Origin: Candidatus Saccharimonas sp.
Lineage (GTDB): Bacteria > Patescibacteriota > Saccharimonadia > Saccharimonadales > Saccharimonadaceae
NCBI GenBank assembly: GCA_015256915.3
Contig: CP076101.2
Span: 150,001-182,000, forward strand
DNA: 32,000 bases
Direction of reading: 5' to 3'
Made by a program: the position numbers and the translations under genes. Positions 25,369 through 32,000 of the stretch are shown one piece after another. Each line of letters opens with the position of its first letter. Position 1 is the stretch's first letter. The notes under the pieces are model-generated. The model ran no database searches. It saw only the letters and a list, made by a program, of their open reading frames with translations, and was not told where the DNA came from.

Positions 25369-26175
25369 ATGAAGAATAAATTTAAAAATATATTTTTAAA
25401 ACTTCAAAAAAAGAATGATGAAATGCTTTCAAAAAAGCCTTTAAAAATTATTTTTTGGACAATTTTTCCAATTTTGTCATATTTTGCGGCAAGTTATTTT
25501 TCAGCTGTAATAATTCGACTTTCACTCGCTTTGATTTTTTGGAATAACGATGCAGGCTATCAAAGTGCGGCTTCAAACACGATTACTACTACAATTTATT
25601 CAGCATTATTTCTTGGATTAATGCTTGCGATGGTATATTTCATCCCGACTAAACTTTTCAAGCAGAAGATTTCGAAAGATGATATCGCTTTAAATGGTGT
25701 GATTACTTGGCAAGATTTAGGTTTAGCAATTTTAGGTTTTATAGCCTCGATGATTATTTCTGGGATTTTGTTAGAATTTTTGCCTAATATTCTTCATTTT
25801 GATAAATTGCAAGTTCAAGATTTGGTTTTTCAACGCAGCGGGATGATTCATTCTTGGCAATTTTTGCTAGCTTTTATTTCAATTGTTATTATTGCGCCGG
25901 TTTTTGAAGAATTGATTTTTCGCGGAATAATTTATGGTCAACTTCGAAAAGTGAATATTCCACTTGCAATTTTTATAACGAGTTTACTTTTTGGATTTGT
26001 ACATTTTCAAATGAATGTTGGCGTAACGGTATTTGTGATGAGCGTTGTGATGTGTCTTATTCGCGAAAAATGGACACAAACAATTTGGTCGGGGATTGTA
26101 ATTCATATGATTAAAAATGGGATTGCTTTCTTTCTGCTTTACGTTTTGCAAACTATTCAATTCTTTCAAGCTTAG
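25369..26175 (+). CDS. CPBP (CAAX prenyl protease-like) intramembrane protease family protein
   Basis: Polytopic membrane protein with EELIFRG and FGFVH motifs. Confidence 0.8.
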   Translation: MKNKFKNIFLKLQKKNDEMLSKKPLKIIFWTIFPILSYFAASYFSAVIIRLSLALIFWNNDAGYQSAASNTITTTIYSALFLGLMLAMVYFIPTKLFKQKISKDDIALNGVITWQDLGLAILGFIASMIISGILLEFLPNILHFDKLQVQDLVFQRSGMIHSWQFLLAFISIVIIAPVFEELIFRGIIYGQLRKVNIPLAIFITSLLFGFVHFQMNVGVTVFVMSVVMCLIREKWTQTIWSGIVIHMIKNGIAFFLLYVLQTIQFFQA

Positions 26176-26177
26176 CG

Positions 26178-26206
26178 TTGACTTGAATCGAAAACTTTGA
26201 TATAAT
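26178..26206 (+). promoter_or_regulatory. consensus sigma70 promoter of greA
   Basis: TTGACT-N17-TATAAT. Confidence 0.6.
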
Positions 26207-26236
26207 TATAAGACTTATTTAGAGGATTTTTATTTT

Positions 26237-26698
26237 ATGAAACAAGAATTTAATATTACGAAAATAGGAAAAAAAGAACTCGAAGCTGAACTAGAGCTTT
26301 TGATTTCGCAGCGTAAAGAAATTTCAGAAGAAGTTGCTACTGCGCGTGATTTTGGTGATTTGCGTGAAAATTCAGAATACGATGCCGCTCGCAAAAAACA
26401 AGCTTTAGCAGAATCTCGAATTATGGAAATTGAAAATATTTTGCAAAATGCTGTAATTATTGGCGGTGGTGAAAAGGGCGTTGTATCTCTTGGTAATCAA
26501 GTTAGCTTAAAAAACCTAGAAAACGGTAAAGAAGTAAAATATACAATGGTTGGTGCGGTTGAGGCGAACCCCCTTGAGGGTAAGATTTCGAATGAATCAC
26601 CAATCGGCCAACAGATCATGGGCAAAAAGCTCGGCGAAGAAGTAGATATTACGACACCAAAAGGTGTAATCAAATACGAAATTACAGAAATTAACTAA
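26237..26698 (+). CDS. greA: transcription elongation factor GreA
   Basis: GDLRENSEYDAARKKQ motif at the coiled-coil tip. 153 aa. Confidence 0.92.
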   Translation: MKQEFNITKIGKKELEAELELLISQRKEISEEVATARDFGDLRENSEYDAARKKQALAESRIMEIENILQNAVIIGGGEKGVVSLGNQVSLKNLENGKEVKYTMVGAVEANPLEGKISNESPIGQQIMGKKLGEEVDITTPKGVIKYEITEIN

Positions 26699-26705
26699 TT
26701 TTTAA

Positions 26706-26738
26706 AGCTCGGTTGGCCAATTCAGCCGAGTTTTATTT
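26706..26738 (+). terminator. intrinsic terminator
   Basis: CTCGGTT-ggccaattc-AGCCGAG followed by TTTTATTTT. Confidence 0.65.
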
Positions 26739-26754
26739 TCGAAAAGGAGATTTT

Positions 26755-28005
26755 ATGCGATTATCAAAATTATATACAAAAACGAGTAAAACAGTTCCAT
26801 CTGGTGAAGAAGCTAAGAATGCGCAACTTTTAATTAAAGCCGGATTTGTTCATAAAGAAATGGCAGGCGCTTACGACTACTTACCACTTGGTTTTAAAGT
26901 GCTAGAAAACATTAAAAAAATTGTGCGTGAAGAGCTTGAAAAAATCGACGCAAATGAGATTTTAATGACAACGCTTCAACGCCGTGAAATTTGGGAACGC
27001 ACAACTCGCTGGAGCGATGATGTTGTGGATGTTTGGTTTAAAACCAATCTGAAAGATAATACAGAGGTTGGATTAGGTTGGAGCCATGAAGAACCAATTG
27101 TTGAAATGCTTAAGAATCATATTCAATCTTATAAAGATTTGCCAGTTTCGGTTTTTCAATTTCAAAATAAAATGCGAAACGAGCTCCGTGCAAAAAGTGG
27201 AATTATGCGTGGTCGCGAATTTTTGATGAAAGATTTGTATTCAATTCACGAAACTAAAGAAGATTTAGAAGCATATTATGCCAAAGTTTCAAAAGCTTAT
27301 GAACGAATTTTCGAACGCCTCGGTTTAGGCAAAGATACTTTTGTGACATTTGCTAGTGGCGGGGCATTTACAAAATTCAGCCACGAATTTCAAACGATTT
27401 GCGATGCTGGTGAAGATTATGTTTATTTAAAGCGTGATGGTGAAAAAACTCTTGCTTTTAACGAAGAAATCTTAGACCAAGCAATTGAAGCTGGCGAAAT
27501 TAGTTCGAAAGAAGGATTAGAAAAGGTTAAAACTGCAGAAGTCGGAAATATCTTCAACTTTGGCACGCAAAAAACTGATGAAATGGGGCTTTATTTTACT
27601 GACAAAAATGGCGAACGAAAATCAGCTTGGATGGGATCTTACGGAATTGGAATCACTCGTGTAATGGGTGTTATTGCTGAAAAATTTAGTGATGAAAAAG
27701 GTTTAATTTGGCCAGAAAATATTGCTCCAGCTAAAATTTACCTTGTGCAAATTGGTGAAAAATCGCAAGAATTAGCAGAAGAAATTTATAATGAATTTTC
27801 AAAAAAAGGAATTGAGGTTCTATTTGATGACCGCAATCTTCGCCCAGGCCAAAAATTTGCCGATGCTGAATTAATGGGTATTCCATATCGCTTGACAGTT
27901 TCTGATCGTTTGATTGAAAGTGGAAAATTCGAAGTTGTAACGCGCGTAAATGGTGAAGTCGAATTGCTTTCAAGAGAAGAACTTTTTGAAAAATTTGTAA
28001 AATAA
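26755..28005 (+). CDS. proS: prolyl-tRNA synthetase, bacterial-like N-terminus but lacking the INS editing insertion
   Basis: Start set at MRLSKLYTKTSK after an AAAGGAGA SD. Motif 2 is MRNELRAKSGIMRGREFLMKD and motif 3 is GSYGIGITRVMG. Only ~130 aa separate these motifs. 416 aa in total. Confidence 0.88.
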   Translation: MRLSKLYTKTSKTVPSGEEAKNAQLLIKAGFVHKEMAGAYDYLPLGFKVLENIKKIVREELEKIDANEILMTTLQRREIWERTTRWSDDVVDVWFKTNLKDNTEVGLGWSHEEPIVEMLKNHIQSYKDLPVSVFQFQNKMRNELRAKSGIMRGREFLMKDLYSIHETKEDLEAYYAKVSKAYERIFERLGLGKDTFVTFASGGAFTKFSHEFQTICDAGEDYVYLKRDGEKTLAFNEEILDQAIEAGEISSKEGLEKVKTAEVGNIFNFGTQKTDEMGLYFTDKNGERKSAWMGSYGIGITRVMGVIAEKFSDEKGLIWPENIAPAKIYLVQIGEKSQELAEEIYNEFSKKGIEVLFDDRNLRPGQKFADAELMGIPYRLTVSDRLIESGKFEVVTRVNGEVELLSREELFEKFVK

Positions 28006-28037
28006 TCTCAGCTCTTGAAAAAAATAAGTATAAGCAT

Positions 28038-28043
28038 TATAAT
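28038..28043 (+). promoter_or_regulatory. -10 box of the dehydrogenase gene, leaderless
   Basis: TATAAT, then 6 nt (tgatgt), then the ATG at 28050. Confidence 0.45.
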
Positions 28044-28049
28044 TGATGT

Positions 28050-29039
28050 ATGAAAATTATTGCTTATAGTGTACGAAAAGATGAGCTCCAATATTTCGAA
28101 AAATTCGCGGAGCAGTTTGGTATTGAATATGCTACAACTCCAAAAGATTTAAACGCTGAAACTGTAAAATTGGCTGAAGGTTTTGACGCGGTTTCATCTT
28201 ATACTTCAAGCGAAGAACTCAACGATGTTTGGGAAACTCTTTCGAAAATGGGAATTTCTTATTTTACTGTTCGAACGGCCGGGTTTGATGGAATTGATAT
28301 TGAAAAAGCTAAAAGCTTCGGTATTAAAATTTCAAACGTACCACAATATTCGCCAAGCGCAATTGCTGAATTTGCTGTTGCATTGGCACTAGCAACAATT
28401 CGAAAAATCCCACTTTGTCTTTCGCGCGCCAAAAATCAGAACTTTTCGGTAGATAATTTGATGGGTCGCGAACTTAATACAATGACCATTGGAATTATCG
28501 GCGTGGGTCATATTGGCTTAACAACCGCGAAGGCTTTTAAAGCTTTTGGCGCAAAAATAATTGCTTATGATACTTTCGAAAATGATGCTGCTCGTGAAAT
28601 TTTGGAATATAAAAGTTTAGATGAAGTTTTCGCAGAAAGCGATTTGATTTCACTTCATATTCCTTTAACACCAGAAAATCGCCACATTATCAACGCAGAA
28701 AGTATTTCGAAAATGAAAGATGGAGTAGTCATTATTAATACTGCGCGTGGTGGACACATTAACTCCAAAGATTTGCGAGATGCTTTGGTGAGCGGAAAAG
28801 TTGCAGCAGCCGGCCTTGATGTTTTTGAGCATGAAAAGAATCTAATTCGAAAAGATTTGAGTGGAAAAATTATTAAGGATGCCGTTTATCGCGATCTAGC
28901 GAACTTTCCGAATGTTATTATTACTCCACACGTTGCGTTTAATACAGATGTTGCCGTGCAAAATATGGTAAAAATGTCAACTGAGAATTTAATTAATTTT
29001 AAAAATGCAGGAACAACCGACAATGAAATTACAAAATAA
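28050..29039 (+). CDS. ldhA: D-isomer-specific 2-hydroxyacid dehydrogenase (D-lactate dehydrogenase-like)
   Basis: NAD-binding GIIGVGHIGL and catalytic-region pattern ARGG...GLDVFEHE...TPHVAFNT. 329 aa. Confidence 0.85.
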   Translation: MKIIAYSVRKDELQYFEKFAEQFGIEYATTPKDLNAETVKLAEGFDAVSSYTSSEELNDVWETLSKMGISYFTVRTAGFDGIDIEKAKSFGIKISNVPQYSPSAIAEFAVALALATIRKIPLCLSRAKNQNFSVDNLMGRELNTMTIGIIGVGHIGLTTAKAFKAFGAKIIAYDTFENDAAREILEYKSLDEVFAESDLISLHIPLTPENRHIINAESISKMKDGVVIINTARGGHINSKDLRDALVSGKVAAAGLDVFEHEKNLIRKDLSGKIIKDAVYRDLANFPNVIITPHVAFNTDVAVQNMVKMSTENLINFKNAGTTDNEITK

Positions 29040-30897
29040 TTTTATTCGAAAAATCACCAAAATTATGCCACTATTTTTAGTGGCAGTTTTGGCTTTTAGT
29101 TTTACTTTTGGCAGTTTTTCAAATCAAGCTTTTGCCAGAAGACGGCGGAATCGTGATGCTGAAGAAGCTGAGCTGCGAATAAAAAATAATAATATTATTT
29201 TTTCGAAGTTTGATGCAAAATATAATTTTAGCGCCGACCAAAAAGGAAATACGAATCTTGAAATTACTGAAAATATTTCGACATATTTTATCCGTGATGG
29301 TATAAATCACGGAATCGAGCGTGCAATTCCGCGGTTTTTTAATGGTAAAACTATTTTTGATGGTAAAGCTGAAATTGAAATGGATGGCAAAAAAGTTTCA
29401 TATTCAACTTATGAAAGTGACGGAAATATCGTATTTCGAATTGGCGAAAGCGGAAGTTTCGTTTATGGAAGACATAAATATCAGCTAAAATATCGGTTTA
29501 AAAATCTACTGTTAACAGATGGTAGTGTACAAAAAATGATTATGAACACCAATGGAACTCAGTGGAAACGACCTTTTAATGAAGTTATTGCAACAGTTAA
29601 TTTAGATTCATCAGTTTTGAAAGAATTTAATGGTACGGTGAGATGTTTTGCTGGAATGCAAGGCTCAACTGAAGAGTGCAATACTTTTGAGCGTAAGTCG
29701 GAAGAGGGAGTTTTTAAGTTCTCGCAAAAAGATGTTCAAGCTGGCGAGAATTTAACATTTGAAATTGACTTTAATAGTAAATTTGCTCAACCAGAAGCGA
29801 GCGGTATTGACGTAAATACAATAATTTTTGGAATTTTGGCGTTAATTTTGGCGGTAATTACACTATTCTTTGCTGTTCGGGTTATTTTAAAATATAATTC
29901 AGTTAAGAGAGAAAACAAGGTTTCGAAAGCGGTTGTTCCGCAATATTTGCCGCCAAAAATTGAAGAATTAGATATTTTGGATGCGGGGAATTTAGTAAAA
30001 TCAAATAAAAAACTTACTGCTGCAATGCTATTTTTTGCGGTGAATGGCAATATTCAGATTGTTGAAAAAACTTCGAAGGGCTTTTTGGGTGGCAAGAAAA
30101 AGAGCTATACAATTCAGCTATTAAATCGAGATAATTTGAATCAAGATATGCTTTCATTATTAAATTCATTTTTTAGAAGTAAAACTGAGATTGATTTATC
30201 TAAACAAATGAGTAGTACGCAAGCCTCTGATATTTCTTCGAAAGTTTTAAACTCCGCATTTAGCGGAACTTCTTACTATGTTCAAGAAAAGCCAGCAGTG
30301 TTCAGTAATTCTCAGTTTTTTGCTGGCGGAGTGACTATTTTATCTGTGGTATTGTTTTTTGCGAGCGGAATAATAGTTAATTTTATTTCAACTATTTCAC
30401 CTTGGTTTACGGTAGCTATATGTTCTTTCATTGCAGCCGTTATGCTCTCAATTTTAATATTTACTATTTCAAATATAAAAATTCCATCTCGAAAAGGTTT
30501 TGAAGCAAAAAATTATCTTGAAGGTTTAAAGCTTTATATTTCAGTAGCAGAAAGCGAACGGTTAAAATTTTCGCAAAGTTTGCAGAATTCTGAAAGATTC
30601 CAAACTGAATTTGGTGGCTCTCGCGTAAAACTTTATGAAAAACTTTTACCTTGGGCAGCGTTGTTCGGGCTAGAGAAGTCTTGGGCGAAGGTGCTTGAAT
30701 TGCAATTTCAAGATGAAAATTATCTACCAGATTGGTATGTTGGCTCAACAGCATTTAATGCTATGGTGTTTTCTAATAGCTTGAATAGCTTTAATAGTGC
30801 AATGAACAGTTATTCTGCGCCAAGTTCGAGCAGTTCTGGTGGAGGTGGTGGATTCTCTGGCGGCGGCGCTGGCGGCGGCGGTGGTGGTGGTTGGTAA
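29023..30897 (+). CDS. DUF2207-type membrane protein with Gly-rich C-terminal tail
   Basis: N-terminal signal/anchor, an extracellular domain, several TM segments, and a C-terminal SSSSGGGGGFSGGGAGGGGGGGW tail as in DUF2207 proteins. The start is uncertain (ATG at 29005, 29023 or 29062). It overlaps the ldhA 3' end. Confidence 0.75.
   Translation: MKLQNNFIRKITKIMPLFLVAVLAFSFTFGSFSNQAFARRRRNRDAEEAELRIKNNNIIFSKFDAKYNFSADQKGNTNLEITENISTYFIRDGINHGIERAIPRFFNGKTIFDGKAEIEMDGKKVSYSTYESDGNIVFRIGESGSFVYGRHKYQLKYRFKNLLLTDGSVQKMIMNTNGTQWKRPFNEVIATVNLDSSVLKEFNGTVRCFAGMQGSTEECNTFERKSEEGVFKFSQKDVQAGENLTFEIDFNSKFAQPEASGIDVNTIIFGILALILAVITLFFAVRVILKYNSVKRENKVSKAVVPQYLPPKIEELDILDAGNLVKSNKKLTAAMLFFAVNGNIQIVEKTSKGFLGGKKKSYTIQLLNRDNLNQDMLSLLNSFFRSKTEIDLSKQMSSTQASDISSKVLNSAFSGTSYYVQEKPAVFSNSQFFAGGVTILSVVLFFASGIIVNFISTISPWFTVAICSFIAAVMLSILIFTISNIKIPSRKGFEAKNYLEGLKLYISVAESERLKFSQSLQNSERFQTEFGGSRVKLYEKLLPWAALFGLEKSWAKVLELQFQDENYLPDWYVGSTAFNAMVFSNSLNSFNSAMNSYSAPSSSSSGGGGGFSGGGAGGGGGGGW
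30838..30894 (+). repeat. GGN codon run (poly-Gly tail)
   Basis: ggtggaggtggtggattctctggcggcggcgctggcggcggcggtggtggtggt. Confidence 0.8.
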
Positions 30898-30928
30898 AAC
30901 CGCACCTTTCTATAAAGCAGATTTTCGA

Positions 30929-30963
30929 AAAGTAGCTTGCAAAAAATGTAAGCTACTTTTTTG
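30929..30963 (+). terminator. intrinsic terminator
   Basis: AAGTAGCTT-gcaaaaaatgt-AAGCTACTT followed by T6. Confidence 0.75.
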
Positions 30964-31021
30964 TAGTAAAAAGCATAACTATATTGATTTTTTTGCTTTT
31001 TTGTGATTAAATATAAGCATT

Positions 31022-32000
31022 ATGAAAAGATTTTGGGTTGGGTTGAAAAATAAAAAAGTTTTGATTATTTTTACTTTAATTTGTAGTTTTTTTGGGCTTA
31101 GTATTTTTTTGAATAACAATGTTTATGCTGAGAATATTGGTCAGGGAGGACAATCATTCAGAACTCAATATGAAGGTGCTTCTAAGTCTGGATGCGATTA
31201 TTTTCAAACTTATGGACCTACTGGTCAAAGACAGGAAAGTGATAGTAGTAGAGCTTGTAAAAAAGCTATTGAGGAAGGCGCATCCGGAAATGGTAAGAAA
31301 GTTACTAACGCACAAGAATGGGTTCTTCTAAGATGTGAAGCATATGGAACTCGAGGTGTAAGTATTAGTGATGGATATAGTGGAGCTACAAAAAATTCAA
31401 AAGAATGCCAAGAGGAATCTATAAAGCAGGGTTTTTCTAAGAAAGACAGTGTTGCTACTGATAAGGAAGTTACTAAAGATGCTTCAAAATCTTCATCAGA
31501 CAATAAGCCTGGTGAAGGTGATAAAGATAAAGATAAAGATAAAGATAATAAAGACAAAAATTCTTGCGCTATTGAATGGATTGGCTGGATTGTTTGCCCG
31601 ATTGTTCGTGGTTCAACTGGTGTTGTTGTTGGTCTATATAATTTTATGCAAGCTAATTTCTTAAATATTAAATCTGATCAACTTTTTTCAAATTCTGGGA
31701 AGGGCCAAGAGGCATTTAAACACTGGGTAACATTTAGAGATATTGCAAATATATTTTTTGTGATTATGATTGCGATAATAATTTTCTCGCAAGTAACTGG
31801 TGTAGGGATTTCTAACTACGGTATTAAGAAGATGCTTCCAAAAATTATTATTTATGCAATTTTAGTGAATATTTCTTGGTATATCGTTGTGATTGCTATT
31901 GATATTTCGAATATTGTTGGTAGTACTTTATTTAAGTGGCTATCAAATGATGGAAATTGGAACTTTTCTAGTGACGTCCAGAAAGAAACATCTCCTGTTG
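31022..32000 (+). CDS. 5' part of a CDS running off the right edge (not in the ORF track): signal peptide, secreted Cys-containing domain, (KD)n linker, polytopic membrane domain
   Basis: My own translation from the ATG at 31022 has no stop to nt 32000. It reads MKRFWVGLKNKKVLIIFTLICSFFGLSIFLNNNVYA|ENIG...GDKDKDKDKDNKDKNSCAIEWIGWIVCPIV...IFFVIMIAIIIFSQVTG...IIIYAILVNISWYIVVIAIDI... The listed ORFs 31119..31331 and 31449..31664 are off-frame. Confidence 0.7.
   Translation, partial: MKRFWVGLKNKKVLIIFTLICSFFGLSIFLNNNVYAENIGQGGQSFRTQYEGASKSGCDYFQTYGPTGQRQESDSSRACKKAIEEGASGNGKKVTNAQEWVLLRCEAYGTRGVSISDGYSGATKNSKECQEESIKQGFSKKDSVATDKEVTKDASKSSSDNKPGEGDKDKDKDKDNKDKNSCAIEWIGWIVCPIVRGSTGVVVGLYNFMQANFLNIKSDQLFSNSGKGQEAFKHWVTFRDIANIFFVIMIAIIIFSQVTGVGISNYGIKKMLPKIIIYAILVNISWYIVVIAIDISNIVGSTLFKWLSNDGNWNFSSDVQKETSPV
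31520..31549 (+). repeat. hexanucleotide tandem repeat (GATAAA)x4 plus one imperfect unit
   Basis: gataaagataaagataaagataaagataat, encoding the DKDKDKDKDN linker. Confidence 0.85.

Noticed and set aside
31225-31557. Minus-strand ORF encoding MSLLSLSLSLSLSPSPG..., plus the plus-strand ORFs 31119..31331 and 31449..31664.
   Set aside because: They are antisense or off-frame to the long open frame starting at 31022. The SL repeat is just the reverse complement of the (GATAAA)n KD-linker repeat.
1-32000. Alternative genetic code (TGA as a sense codon, as in some CPR lineages such as Gracilibacteria/SR1).
   Set aside because: All recognised genes are full length under the standard code. TGA terminates the 16198..16749 ORF at a sensible point, and TAA and TAG are used elsewhere. 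Nothing requires recoding. The only odd TGA is in the disrupted orphan E, and a frameshift explains it equally well.
1-32000. CRISPR arrays, tRNA/rRNA genes, IS elements, integrases and prophage boundaries.
   Set aside because: No spaced direct repeats, no cloverleaf-like GTTCGAATC T-arm outside coding frames, no transposase- or integrase-like ORFs, and no inverted terminal repeats were seen by eye. Absence cannot be proven without tRNAscan, Infernal or BLAST.

Overview
This window is a gene-dense, low-GC (roughly mid-30s % by eye, not computed) chromosomal segment. It looks like a reduced-genome, Gram-positive-type bacterium. The gene content fits a Patescibacteria/CPR lineage such as Saccharibacteria, but that assignment is inference only. 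About 36 CDS are supportable. No rRNA, tRNA, CRISPR array, transposase or integrase was recognised. The housekeeping backbone is parA-parB, lepB, htrA, prfA-prmC, ung, rpmE, rpsB-tsf, serS, nrdH-like, hpf, secA, M16 peptidase, xseA-xseB, frr, rseP, CPBP protease, greA, proS, a D-2-hydroxyacid dehydrogenase and a DUF2207 protein. Two secreted surface proteins carry an unusual APNTG sortase-type anchor. Between the backbone genes sit seven orphan genes with no recognisable family: three at 12278-13847, a two-gene overlapping operon at 16198-17194, and two at 22732-23451. Most of these are self-contained cassettes with a consensus TTGACT-N17-TATAAT promoter, a strong GGAGG ribosome-binding site and their own intrinsic terminator. 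Most housekeeping genes, in contrast, have a -10 box 4-9 nt from the ATG and so appear leaderless. The strongest sequence-level signal is a large excess of the palindrome TTCGAA (about 86 copies). About 43 of these are the 8-mer TTTCGAAA, spread over all reading-frame phases, both strands and intergenic DNA. The right edge opens an unlisted CDS (31022 onward) for a secreted Cys-rich domain fused to a polytopic membrane domain. All functional calls rest on motif recognition by eye; no database search was run.
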